A stretch of DNA of 64,000 nt, taken from the NCBI GenBank assembly GCA_051294905.1, contig CM119376.1, positions 21,886,001 through 21,950,000 of the forward strand. Reading direction: 5' to 3'. This document shows positions 24,164 through 36,339 of this stretch, in pieces. The notes beneath the pieces were generated by a model. The model saw nothing but the letters and a program-made list of their open reading frames with translations, was not told the DNA's origin and searched no databases. The DNA is from Botryllus schlosseri. Lineage: Eukaryota. Numbering within the stretch: the stretch's first letter is position 1; the number at the start of each line of letters is the position of its first letter. The position numbers and the translations under genes are program-made.

Positions 24164-26869
24164 CCATAGTGTCCTATATGGTGTCGACACAAGCAAATCG
24201 CACGGTTCAATGAAATTGTATCACGTCACAGTTTCCATTTGGCTACAGGCAATTTGACGGGGATTTTTGACCGACTTGCCGAGCATTAAATTTGATGAAT
24301 CGGGTATCAATCGAAAGCTGACGCTGTACTACTTGCGAAAATATAAATTTTATTTCACTCATGGCCCTGGAACCCCCACAATCATCATCATCATCATCAT
24401 TGGTTTATTAGCAATTTTATCAGTTCAATACACCACAAAAATGCGATACAATGAAAAGACAGGAAGATGTCGAAGCGACAAGGAGTAGTCTATGGAATCT
24501 GACACCCACCTTGGCCTAGGCGATGTAAAGAGGAGGCATGCACACTGAATGAAAGTAGAGAAGCTAGTATAGAAAAAGAAAGCGACAATAAAGAGGGCGG
24601 CTTGTCATGGGAAGCGAGATCGATAGGTCAGTCGTGGTCCGGTAATCTCGAGGATGGACTGTATTTATTTAGTAGTAATTGCTTGTATTTCGACTTGAAT
24701 GTGGACATGCTCGTCGACTGTCGGATGGTCGGCGGAATACTGTTCCACACATCAGGTCCGGCATATTTGATAGAGCGATGATCTTTTCGGTCGATCATAT
24801 GATATTTGGACGACGTGGACGCGCGTGTGTTGTACTTGTGCGCTTTTGATTCCGAGGTAAAGAAGTCATTGAAATATTCGGGGCAACGACCGCAGTGAAA
24901 CTGATACATAAACGTGGCGATTTCTAGTTTCCGCATATCTTCTATGTTTAGGACGCCGAATCTCTTCAGCAACGACTTGTTGGATGGGCAGCCAGGCCCC
25001 TTTCGGGCCCTAGCTATGATTCGGAGTACTTTATGTTGTAGTTTTTGCAATTATTCATTGTCGAGTAGATTGGCAGTGTGACGCAACAATGCTGTCTGGC
25101 GAGCAAGATGAGCAAGGATGCGTCCGAGCGGCGAGAGTGGGATCAGCTGACGTCGCGGCAATAGCAATGTGCAGCCGCGCCACAGAGAAACGCTGCGCTG
25201 TTGATACATTTTCTATGCGCTTCGGTACAAGCGAGCACACACCAGCCTTTCCTTGACTTGTAAGGGTAGAACTGGGTCCACAGAATGTATTAGGGCCCTA
25301 CCAATTTTCGCGCAATATCCTTCAGCTGATAGAGATATGTAGGCTACGTCTAAGTAGTCTACATTGGATATGTCAGATTATTATGATATCGATTGCCTTA
25401 GCCCGCTTGTTGCGTAGGGCTTCAGAGATGCGTGGCGCTGTTGATACTTTCTATGGGCGCTTCGCTAAAAGCGAGCACACACCAGCCTTTCCTTGACTTG
25501 TAAGGGTAGAACTGGGTCCACAGAATGTATTTGGTCCCTACCAATTTTCAAGTAATAAGATTCACTCAAGACAGCAAATTTAGATAATGTAAATATATCA
25601 TAGTGTTGAGTTTTCACTCTAGTCCCCATAAGCACCACGTCGGTGACCTTAACACCAAATTCCGAGAAGGCGAAAAAGTGCAAACTCTGTTGGGCCGAAT
25701 GGACAATGGACATTCAGTTATTCACAGATGCGAAAAAAATAATGCAAATCCGTTTTACGTAAGTTACATTAGGAATATAAATACAGGCTACAGAATGAAT
25801 ATAATTCAAATATCTGTGACACCACTGTATTACTTTTGACGCAAAAGGTCCCCGGCATTAAAAAAAACTGTTTGGTGATAGAAAAATGCTAAACCAAACT
25901 CCAACGTCAACGTTTATAGTGATATCAGATATATTCCCGTGAAAAACAAAGGTATGAATTTGGTGGTAACATTTTGGAATCATTTGGCAGGTATGGCCCG
26001 CAAGATTTCTAGTAACGGATTGAATCCGGACAGCGATACCAGTTTAATTCGACACTCCTAGCTGTTGTTAAACTTTATTCAACAATCAACATTTTACCTG
26101 CTGCATTCGCGGACCAATTCCTACCCATACGGATCAAATAAAAGCTTGTATACTCCTGCTCAATGCTCCTTGCTCACACTTAACCATAAAAGCGACTATA
26201 GAGAGTATCAACAGCGCGACGTGTCTCTGGAGCCCTACGCAACAAGCGGGCTAAGGCAATCGATATCATAATAATCTGACATATCCAATGTAGACTACTT
26301 AGACGTAGCCTACATATCTCTATCAGCTGAAGGATATTGCGCGAAAATTGGTAGGGCCCTAATACATTCTGTGGACCCAGTTCTACCCTTACAAGTCAAG
26401 GAAAGGCTGGTGCGGGGCCTACGTAGGCCCCGCCTGGTGTGTGCTCGCTTGTACCGAAGAAAAAGTATCAACAGCGCAGCGTTTCTCTGTGGCGCGGTTG
26501 CACAATGCACATTGCACATTGCTATTGCCGCGACGTCAGCTGATCCCACTCTCGCCGCTCGGACGCATCCTTGCTCTTGAGCTAGTCTCTCGTTTCGCCA
26601 GACAGTATTGTTGCGTCACACTGACAATCTACTCGACAATGAATAATTTGGGGCTGATTGTGGGGGCTCCAGGGCCATGAGTGGAATAAAATTTATATTT
26701 TCGCAAGCAGTACAGCGTCAGCTTTCGATTGATACCCGATTCATCAAATTTAATGCTGTCAAATTGCCTGCACCGTCAAATTGCCTGCAGCCAAATGGAA
26801 ACTGTGACGTGATACAATTTCATTGAACCGTGCGATTTGCTTGTGTCGACACCATATAGGACACTATGG
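24164..26869. mobile_element. Unclassified foldback-like DNA element with roughly 650-700-bp TIRs (CCATAGTGTCC ends)
   Basis: Inverted arms 24164-24384 plus 25049-25480 versus about 26170-26869; TSD TCGGA (24159-24163, 26870-26874), or CGG if the termini are read as ACCATAG; removing it restores the integrase reading frame. Confidence 0.88.
24385..25048 (-). mobile_element. CR1/L2-group LINE 3' fragment (RT C-terminus, UTR, (ATG)n tail) in the left TIR arm
   Basis: ORF 24628-25050: ...SIKYAGPDVWNSIPPTIRQSTSMSTFKSKYKQLLL; absent from the mirror arm. Confidence 0.88.
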
Positions 26870-28264
26870 TCGGACTATCGCCGCCTCATGATGGTCATCA
26901 CGATCGACGCTAGTAGCGCTCGAACTGCTATCTCCTCCCTGATCGGGAAATTTGAAGAATTCAGCTGCCTCACTGGCGGTAATGTCGACGCCTTCTTGCG
27001 GGGCATTCTCCGTCTGGTATCTCCGCACCATTCGGCGATTTCTTCTGAAGGTGCCACGCCCAGTTCTGATAACCAAGGATCTGGGTTGAGTGTCAGTGTC
27101 AAGTTTTTCCACAACACCTTGCGATTTGCAGTCCGGAATCCAGACGCGATCTCCCACCTTGAACACATCTCCAGGTACTACTCTGTGTCTTTTGTTGTAA
27201 TCACGAGTAACTCTGCGTCGGTAATCTGCTTCAGCTTTCTTCACGGCGGTTCGGTCGACAGACTTGGGCAGAAGATCGTCTGGATGACAATGTACTCTTG
27301 TTCTTAGTTTGCGGCCCATTCTCAATTCTGCCGGCGAGTAGCCGATAGCCAATGGCGTGTTGCGGTATGTGAGTAGCGCCAGATATTCATCGTCACATTT
27401 TCGCAGAAGGTTTTTGATGGTCTGAACGGCACGCTCAGCCTCCGAGTTCCCCTGTGGATATCTAGGTGAGGACATGATATGTTCAATTTTCCAGCTTTCG
27501 CAAAATGACGCAAAGTCGCGTGAAGAGAGCACAGGTGCTCCATCGGTGACCAAAGTCTCGCAGATGCCATGCCTACTGAAAATCTTCTTGAATTTCAGAA
27601 TCGTCTCTGCTGCGTTCACTGCTTTGGAGACTATGCAAATCTCAATGTCCCTGGAGTAGTAGTCAACGGCTAGCAGGTACATGGAATTCTGGTATTGAAA
27701 GAAGTCGGCACCAACACGGGACCAGGGTCTCTCTGGGAAGGATGCTGACAGCATCGGTTCAACCTTTTCTCGCTGATGCTCCGTGCACTTTTCGCAATTT
27801 CTGACGGTTTCTTCAATGTCCTTAGAAATTCCAGGCCACCAGCATGACTGTGATGCATTGAGTCGGGATTTTGTCACCCCTTGGTGAGCATCATGAAGGT
27901 ATCTTAAAACGTCTTGTCTCAGCGTGCAGGGGATCACCAAGCGATTCCCTTTAAGCAGGAGTCCTTCATAAGTAGATAAACAGGCTCTATCGTTCCAGTA
28001 TGGCCTAAGTGGGCCATGCAGCGTCTCTTTGCATTTCAGCCACCCTGAGGATACATATTGCATCACTGTGCGCAATACGTCATCTTTCTGGTGCTCTGAG
28101 CGAATTTCATCCAACCGTTTACAAGACGCAGGAAGGCTGGATGTGACGGCATTGACATAGGCTTCTGTCTCATTATAAAGGCCATCAACGTCCTCGAAAG
28201 TTGGCAACGGACAAAGACCAAGCACCGAAGCACCTGCGATGTCGTCACACCCTAGTGGCGCCAT
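26864..28264 (-). CDS. Gypsy integrase (HHCC and DD35E), open 466-aa frame started by an LTR ATG
   Basis: HDAHQG...CEKC zinc finger; catalytic D (ADFF), D (TDGAP) and E (SEAERA) with 35 residues between the second D and E; the native C-terminus RRSDRNSTAPRRYIEEY* lies at 24163-24108 beyond a later insertion. Confidence 0.9.
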   Translation of the reverse strand: MAPLGCDDIAGASVLGLCPLPTFEDVDGLYNETEAYVNAVTSSLPASCKRLDEIRSEHQKDDVLRTVMQYVSSGWLKCKETLHGPLRPYWNDRACLSTYEGLLLKGNRLVIPCTLRQDVLRYLHDAHQGVTKSRLNASQSCWWPGISKDIEETVRNCEKCTEHQREKVEPMLSASFPERPWSRVGADFFQYQNSMYLLAVDYYSRDIEICIVSKAVNAAETILKFKKIFSRHGICETLVTDGAPVLSSRDFASFCESWKIEHIMSSPRYPQGNSEAERAVQTIKNLLRKCDDEYLALLTYRNTPLAIGYSPAELRMGRKLRTRVHCHPDDLLPKSVDRTAVKKAEADYRRRVTRDYNKRHRVVPGDVFKVGDRVWIPDCKSQGVVEKLDTDTQPRSLVIRTGRGTFRRNRRMVRRYQTENAPQEGVDITASEAAEFFKFPDQGGDSSSSATSVDRDDHHEAAIVRP

Positions 28265-28876
28265 AGAACTACCACTACAACCTGCCTGTCGGGACTGGGG
28301 AGCAAGAGGAGCTCATATATATCCAGGATGACCAGACACCAAAGACGAAACACAAAGATTATTCTCCAATGAACTACTGGCTTAGCATGGCCAGTGGCCA
28401 CCTCGTACACGGCGCTATAGCTTCTCACGCTATGGAGCTGCTATTTCCCCTTCTTCGTAAGAGTGGGAGCAAGGATTTTCAAGTCGAAGAAACGAACGAA
28501 ACCGACTTGTTGCACTCGTGCATGACTTTCGATGCGCTGTCAGCGTATGTAGCCTAGTTTTGACATTGCGACACAACAATTCTGTCTGGCAAAACAAGAG
28601 TGAAGCTAAGAAGAAGGAACCGGGCAGCATTGTTGCGTCACAATTCGAAACTCGATCACAATGCAAAATTCGAGGCAGTTTTTTGGGGGTTCTAGGACCA
28701 GGAGCAAACTAAAATTTGTATTTTCGTATTCACTACAGCAGCAGCTTTCCATTGACACCCGTTTTATCCAATTTAGCGTTAGGCAAGCCGGTCAAAAATG
28801 GCCGTAAAGTTGCCTTTGACCACATTCGTGTGTTGAGCGCAGTCGAGATAGGACGTCTCATCGTGATCTCGTATAG

Positions 28877-29932
28877 CAGTGGTTCCCAACCTGTGGTACG
28901 CGTACCACTAGTGGTACGCGAAGGTCTTCCAGGTGGTACGCGAGTAGATTTTTTTTTCGACCGATGGAAGTTATTAGTTTAGGTGGGGTTGATTTTGAAT
29001 TTTTTTGACTAGTGGTAAAAAAAATTCCATGCATCTCATCAACCCGGGCTGCCTAGTTTAATACAATTTGCTATGGCTAGGGCGATTTTAATGTCAAAAT
29101 TGACGCGTCAAGTCAAAAAATTGTCAAAATTGTTTACAGAGTGAAATTTTTTTGACCCCTCTATTTCGTTTGTATCGTAGATTTTGATACTTTACAGCTT
29201 GTAGCCTACCTATTGGGCCTACCGTTGTAGACGGCCCATTGTCTGCTAATAGTGGATCATAAACTGACAAACGGAACAAATAGGTTGACAATTGACATAG
29301 TGATGTATGACAGCATTGTCAGAATGAAGCAACATGGTGTGTCGCCAGCAGTGTACGCACAACTTCAGTGTGGTCAGCCAACAACTATACTGCCGTTGAA
29401 CGGTCTTTCTCCATTATTGGCAACCTACTTAGTAAGGACAGACACTTTCTACCCGAGAATGTGGGAAAGTATCTTTCGTTGTACTACGACAAATTTTAAT
29501 TAACTCTACCTTAATACGTGGTGTAACTACTGGGCCAGATATCGCTAAAATAAAGTTTTTTAATGTAAAAATTTGTCAGATTTTAATTCAAAAACGCTTT
29601 CTCAGGCCAAACTACTTCGTAAGGACAGAAAGTCCCAAACAGAAATGAATATAAGTAGTACACGTTTAACAATATGCGCGAAAACACCTAATTTGCGTAC
29701 GGGAGGTCAAAATTTGGTCAAAATTAAGTTTTCTAGGTCAAAATCCTCCGATTTTTAGGTAAAATATCGCCCTAGTTATTACACCTCACATAGGTCAGAT
29801 ACGTGATTATGACGTCATAAATGGTGAAAACATTTTTGACCGCCCCGGCGTGCGTAAACTATGTAGGTGGTACGCGAGCACTGCATAAAACCTCGAAGTG
29901 GTACGTGGGTGGAAAAAGGTTGGGAACCACTG
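28877..29932. mobile_element. hAT MITE in the 5' UTR of LINE A
   Basis: TIRs CAGTGGTTCCCAACC / GGTTGGGAACCACTG; perfect TSD TCGTATAG at 28869-28876 and 29933-29940. Confidence 0.92.
29078..29774 (+). mobile_element. TAGGGCG-ended hAT element with transposase C-terminal relic, nested
   Basis: TIRs TAGGGCGAT / ATCGCCCTA; about 29330-29499 reads VYAQLQCGQPT/AVERSFSIIGNLLSKDRHFLPENVGKYLSLYYDKF* (hAT ERSFS motif); TSD not conserved. Confidence 0.75.
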
Positions 29933-30072
29933 TCGTATAGTGACACGCCTAATTAACGACTAGCCGCGTAGTCGACAGTTGCGTAGCAGTAGGCTTACAT
30001 CAGCTGAAGCGTTCTGCAGCTCTGTATACAATAGTCGTATCGCATATTGGTGTGATATAAAACAATCAAGTT

Positions 30073-31079
30073 ATGTCAGGTAGTGGCGGGGCGCAGAAGC
30101 GCTCCGCAGAGTCAGAGCTTCCTGGGCCTTCCTCGAAGGAGGTAGCGACGGGGAATTCTACAAGATTTGGTATTGATGAGTCAGTGATTATAAAGGGTGT
30201 AAAAAGCGCATTCGGCAATACAATCCGTTGACTATAAATAAATCGTTGTACGCAGTTCTAGGCGGTAATTACAAGGATGTGAAAGTCCTTCCCTCTGGAG
30301 ATATATGTGTAAAATGTGCGAATAGTGACCAAGTTTCGAAGTTACTGTCACGCACCGATCTCGGATCGAGCACAAATCCGATAGAGGTGCGAACGGAATT
30401 ATACAATACCAGACCAGTAGAAGTGAAGGGAGTTATTACAAACGTGCTACTAGAAATGTCGGATGAGGAGATATTGCATTCGTTGGCAAACCAACATGTC
30501 ACGTTCGCGCGTAGATTCTCCTATCGCGCTGATGAAGAAACTATACCCGGTAAATCAGTGCTTTTGTGCTTCGCGTCGACAATCTTGCCATCCGTGGTTA
30601 AGATAGGATTCTTACGATTTAGGCCTCGCGTATACAATCAACCGCCCACGAGGTGCTATAATTGCAATCGCTTCGGTCATAAATCGAAGCATTGTCGAAG
30701 CGCGCAGCGTTGCTCTAAATGCGGAGACCGCCACACCCATGACAAGTGTGACACTAGTGTTCTCCACTGCGTTAATTGCGGAAATTCTCACTCTGCTCGA
30801 TACACTGGTTGCCCAAGGTATCAACAGGAAATTAGGATTCAGAAAATAATGGCGAACACCAATAAGGTAGACTATTGGACTGCGCGGAATACCTTACAAA
30901 ACGAAGCTAGTGATCCGGTAGTGCCACCTCTCGTGAATTCCCACCCTTGCCGAAACCGAACGCTACCTCATATAGGATTGCGGACATTTCTCCAGAAGTG
31001 TCGAATAAAAACGCCCTACCAGGCCTACCAGATGAAAACCAGTATCGCCAAAGAGTATCTCAGCAACAAAGCTCAATAG
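30073..31079 (+). pseudogene. LINE A ORF1 (gag-like nucleic-acid-binding protein), frameshifted near 30220
   Basis: CYNCNRFGHKSKHC, CSKCGDRHTHDKC and CVNCGNSHSARYTGC knuckles. Confidence 0.88.
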
Positions 31080-31529
31080 TGCAAAAGACAGGGGATCATA
31101 TCACTATCCCGATTTCCGGTTTCTTTAATTTCATTGCCGAAGTCATGAAAAACACGCTAACAAGCTTTGTAGAAAAAAAAACGAATCGACATTGAAGCAA
31201 TCATAGAAAAATCAGCGGGGGAAAATCTTGGTATCTCGGTGACAAATAATCACGCATTCAATTAGAGTAACGGCAACCAAGTTGACCAACTCAATGCCAT
31301 GATGACGACTCCTCAAGTCGATATTGGAGGTGCGATCGATCTGACCTTTAGTGGAGGAAATAAGATGGATAATTTTAGAGTGTATGGAATCGCATAACAG
31401 TCAACAAACGAGCGAGCCAACAATCGAGAATACCACGAATGTGACTGACGGTGGGGGTCCACTCCTCGCGAAAGACGTACAAGATGTCATAAAAAAGTCG
31501 GGTAGGGACAAAGGACGTTCTTCACGATA

Positions 31530-34500
31530 ATGCAATGGAATTGCCGCGGCATATATAGAAAGATCAATGAGCTGAAACATTTTTTAGAAGAATTAGCGAA
31601 AGAGCCGCAGATAATAGCATTACAAGAGTCACACTTGATGTCCCGTTACAAGCCTAAAATCCGGGGATATAAGCTCATTCGAAAAGACCGAGACATATAT
31701 GGGGGTGGGGTCTGCTTATTTATCACGGAAATGGTACAATACGAGGAAATCGAACTGACCGGATTGGACCCGATAGAAGCACAGCTTATCAAGGTTGAAG
31801 GGATCAACATCATGAACATTTACACTCCACCAAATCGATCACTTTCTAAGGCCACTCTAGAAGCATGCATGAACTCTCTGTCTTCGAAATCAATTATTGT
31901 AGGCGATTTTAATGCGCATCATCCATGGGGTAGCAGCAGCACAAACAGATATGGGCGGAACCTTTACGAAGTGATCGACAGCAATGATTTTGTGATTACC
32001 AACGTCACGGCAGGCACTCGCATCAACATCGCGTCGGATTTTGGTGCCACATCTCTGTTAGACTTATGCATTGTATCAAAGGATATCGCACTCAAAATAG
32101 AAACCACGGTCACAGACCACTTACTAGGAAGCGATCACTTTGTCATATTCAACACGATCAATATCCCAATCGCTATACCAGAAAATCACTTTCGCTCATG
32201 GTCATTCCACAAAGCGGATTGGGACAGGTATAGGCGAATTGCTGAACACAAATTAATGTCAGGACTTCGAAAGGGTGATAATACTATTGAACATGCGGTA
32301 TAAGCAATCATACAAGCGGCACGAACATGCATTCCTGTATCAAAACCCCACAGTAAGAGCTGTGTTCCTTGGTGGAACGAATCCTGCTCCAGAGCAGTTC
32401 GTCGCAAACGAGCGGCGTTTCTGAAAATGAAACCATCATTTCATATGGATTCAGTGATCGCGTTCAAGAAGCAGCGTGCAGAAACAAGAAAAACAATTCT
32501 AGCTGCCAAAAATCCACACTGGGAAAATTTCTGTCTATTGCTGAATAGCAATTCGAAATTAAAAAAGGTTTGGCGAACAGTACGATCAATGATGGGGACC
32601 CGTACATGGAACGTCATAAATAGCCTCAAGTCCCAAGGCATTAATTTAACAGACAACGCCGATAAAGCAAAAGCGCTTGCTGGACAATTTGCGTCGGTCA
32701 GTAGCGACCAAAATCTAGATTTGCAGTTCAGGGTCAGACGACAAGAGTTCAAAAACGAATACATTGTGCCAATTATGCCAGCAGAAAATACAACAGACGA
32801 CGGTATTAATAAGCCTCTCACCATGAATGAGCTGGAAAGAGCATTAAATCGAGGAAAAAGTACAGCTCCAGGACCCGATGAAATTTGCTATCAGATGATA
32901 AGAAATCTTAATCAACGCAGTCGAAATTATCTGTTGTCAATTTTCAATAGATATTGGAAAGATGGGCATTGCCCGGATCACTGGCGGCACGCGATAATCA
33001 TCCCATTGCTAAAAGAGGGTAAAGCCAGGTCCGACCCAGCGTCATATCGACCCATATCGTTAACGAACATCACGTGAAAAGTAATGGAGAGAATGATAGC
33101 GAATCGCCTGAATTGGTTTCAGGAGAGCAAAGACCTGATTAGTCATGTGCATAGTGGTTTCCGGGCTCGAAGATCGACAACAGACTGCATCATGACTCTT
33201 CGTGCTGAAATATACAAAGGAATTTGGAACAAACGCTCAACAATAGCAGTATTTCTTGACTTCCAGAAAGCGTATGACTTGGTATGGCGAGAGGGTGTGA
33301 TCTATAAGCTTCACAAGCTTGGAATATCCGGCAACATCCTGAAATGGATATATTCATTTATCAGCAATCGCACTTTCCAAGTACGCGTAGGACAAAGTCT
33401 ATCCGATACATATACACTCTAGAAAATGGCACTCCCCAGGGTAGTGTGCTAAGTCCGACTTTATTTAGCGTAATGATTAATGATCTCCCCACAGCAGTGA
33501 ACAGCACAATGAATCTATTTGCCGACGACGCATGTTTGTGGGAAACAGGACTGAACATTACGGCATCGGGGAAAAATATCCAAAAATCCTTGGATGAAGT
33601 GCTCAAGTGGACAACGAAATGGGGACTTCGGGCCAATGTGCAAAAATCAGCTGTAGTCATATTCTCCAAGCGTAGGAACCTACCACAAGTAAACCTTCAG
33701 ATAGGAGGTACACCACTTTCAATCAATAAACAACATAAATATCTTGGAATCATCTTTGATTCGCGCCTATCCTACCGACTTCACAAGGATGCGGTCGTGG
33801 AGAAATGTATTCAAAGGATGAGCATTCTGAGGTTATTAAGCGGGACATCATGGGGTGCGAGCAAACCTTGCCTTCTAGCTTAGGCTTACCATATTTCGGA
33901 AATGAAAAAAGAGGACACTTTTTCAGAAATTTCAGACATGCAAAACTGGAGATGAATTCTCAAAAACTGGTAAATTTCACCCGCTTCATGATCGGTTGAC
34001 TAAAAAAAAAAAAAAAAAGGTCATCACTTCCGCTCAGAGCTCAAAAACACGTTTTTCACTCCACATTGCTAGGTGGATGACTAAAAAAAAAAAAAAAGGT
34101 CTTCATTTCGCTCAGAGCTGAAATCACCGCTTTTTCCTCCGAAATACCCGCCGGAGCTTCACTTCTGCGCCAATTTGCGGCATATCACTCGCAATTTCCT
34201 CTATATCTGACCTAAATTTTCAAAAAAGAGGACAAAATCTCAAAAAAGAGGACAAAAGGGCGTCCTCCGAGGACACTTTCAAAAAAGTCAAAAAAGAGGA
34301 CAAATCCTCTTAAAAGAGGACGTATGGTAAGCCTATCCTAGCTGTATACAGAGCACTCATTAGATCCGTCATTGAGTATGGCTGTGAAGCTTATTTATTT
34401 TCGCCACTCTATATCATACAAGCAATACAGAAAATTCAGAACGCAGCTCTGAGAATCTGCTGTGGGGCTATGATGAGCACGCCAGTCTACGCCTTGCAGC

Positions 34501-35707
34501 ATTCCTGCGGTGAACCACCAATTCACATAAGACAGCTTCAAGCGTGTTATAAGTATCGCAGTATTATTATGGCAACTCCAAACCACCCCTGCATATCACT
34601 AACGCGAGAATCTTGGCACGAATTCTATTCCGAATCGCATCAGTTTATTACGTTTCATATGAAATCTAGATCCGCGTCTTTCCAAAATATTATTTTACAG
34701 TCTAGGAAACCGAGTACAGTGCCGCCTTGGGTGAATGAACATTGAACAGCTTGCCGTCGATATGAAATTGACGCCTATCACCTGCGGGGCACACCATCCT
34801 GAATACATACGTCAGGAATGTGAACATTACATTGCGACGCGCTATCGTACCTATACGAAAGTATACACCGACGGTTCGAAAACAAATACGCGCGGTGGTG
34901 CAGCATTTTGGGTCGAAGAACTTCAATATTCTCATTGGGCCACGCGTAACGCCAAACAATCGATATTTTCCTCGGAATTATATGCAATTATGTTAAGTTT
35001 AAATTGGGCGAGCAACGCATGTATGCCGTCCAAACAGTTAGCGATATTCTCCGACAGTCAAAGCGCATTGATGTCCATCAAAAATAACTGCAATTCGAAT
35101 AGTTTAACTGAAACTATTATCTTACTCTGCAGAGACCTGGCAACAAAGGTAGTACAAGTGACGTTCATTTGGATTCCCGCTCACACAGGAATACGTGGCA
35201 ATGAAAGGGCAGACGAACTCGCAAAACTCGCCTCTAGCACACCTGGATCCAACGACGAAAACGAAATCATTATGTCACTTGCCGAAATGAAGTCACACAC
35301 CAATGGAATATGTATTGAGAAGTGGATGTCGGAATTGAACGACATCGAGCAAGACTCTTCGTAGTTCGTACCTACGTTTACACGCACCATTCTCGTGCAT
35401 TCTCCGTCCACGAAATTTGTCGCGGAGGGAATCATCCATTATATTGCGACTACAAACTGGACACTGTAAATTGAACTCGCAGCCCCATCGCATGAGTTGT
35501 CATGACAGTGGTCTCTGCGAAACGTGCACCGTACCAGAAACTGTCGAACATTTCCTACTAACGTGTCCTCGATACTATCACCAGAGACAATATTTTAAAA
35601 ATGTAGCTGAACAGAGCAGAGTGAGCTTTAACTTGGACTGTCTGTTGACTGATCCGCGTATGGTTAATCCAGTCATAGAATTTGTTGTATTGTGTAGACG
35701 TATATGA
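31530..35707 (+). pseudogene. LINE A ORF2 (AP endonuclease, reverse transcriptase, RNase H, CCHC), disrupted
   Basis: WNCRG, LQESH, GDFNAH, SDH; YRPISLT, FLDFQKAYD, PQGSVLSP, FADD, KYLG; YTDGSK, WIPAHTGIRGNERADELAK; CETCTVPETVEHFLLTC; stops at about 32301 and 33075, frameshifts, and a MITE insertion. Confidence 0.92.
33881..34335. mobile_element. hAT MITE with AAAAGAGGAC repeats, inserted in LINE A ORF2
   Basis: TIRs TAGGCTTACCATA / TATGGTAAGCCTA; TSD TTCTAGCT / TCCTAGCT; the empty site CCTTCTAGCTGT is present in the minus-strand LINE copy (about 8330-8345). Confidence 0.93.
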
Positions 35708-36339
35708 TTCAATTATTAGCTCCCCTAGGCCTGGTGCACAAGACCTTAGTAGTCGAGCACCATAAACCCCTTATACATACATGCCTTTGACCAAATGGAA
35801 AGTGTGACGTCGACCAATTTCACTGAGCCGTGAGGGATATGCTTGTGTCCACACCATATAGGACACTAGGCTGTGAGTCGCGCATCGACCAGCTAGTGAA
35901 AAATTAATAAATGCAGCCATCGCCCTAAATTTCACTATGTTGTTCTTCTTGTCAATGGTGGTGAAAAAACAATGCTTATATGCATTCCATCAACCCTAGC
36001 TGATAATGGCTTAGTTCAACTGAATTTGTGATTACACCTCGCATAGGTCAAATACGCGATTATGAGTTCATAAATGGTGGAACATATGTAGGTGGTACGC
36101 GAGCACTGCATAAAACCTCGAAATAGTACGTGGGTCGAAAAAGGTTGGGAACCACTGCTATAGCAGCACGCTGTGGCCTATACATCCCGCGATCTGATAT
36201 CTCTTTCCAACGGCATAGATAAGATGTGAAGTTGCAAACAATTCCATAGTTTGTTATCGTTCGTATAGCTCAGTGGTTCCCAAACGGTGGGGAATTCACT
36301 GGTTTCTGGTGGGGAATAGACGCATTTGTTCAAAATTAT

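Larger units (their letters stand above)
23789..28279 (-). mobile_element. Internally deleted Ty3/Gypsy LTR retrotransposon
   Basis: TGTAG...CTACA termini; 5-bp TSD ACCTG at 23784-23788 and 28280-28284; 135-bp 3' LTR (23789-23923) preceded by polypurine tract GAGAAGGGAGA (23924-23934); 5' LTR remnant 28216-28279 matches at 63 of 64 bases; no gag, protease, RT, RNase H or PBS. Confidence 0.92.
28823..35781 (+). mobile_element. Full-length I-clade (I/Nimb-like) LINE, family A, pseudogenised
   Basis: Starts CATTCG; 12-bp TSD TGCCTTTGACCA at 28811-28822 and 35782-35793; ORF1 with three zinc knuckles; ORF2 with APE, RT, RNase H and CCHC; 3' hairpin and short (ATAC)n tail. Confidence 0.93.
28540..35870. 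mobile_element. Diverged single arm of the CCATAG family, split by LINE A
   Basis: 28680-28822 and 35782-35870 rejoin into a sequence co-linear with the terminal 230 bp of the TIR, ending CACCATATAGGACACTAGG; left boundary approximate. Confidence 0.7.
23547..36157. mobile_element. hAT MITE (CAGTGGTTCCCAACC ends) expanded to 12.6 kb by nested insertions
   Basis: Left and right ends match the two ends of the copy at 28877-29932; perfect TSD CTATAGCA at 23539-23546 and 36158-36165. Confidence 0.88.

Noticed and set aside
26837-27307. 156-aa plus-strand ORF
   Set aside because: Antisense to the Gypsy integrase, starting in the TIR of the inserted element.
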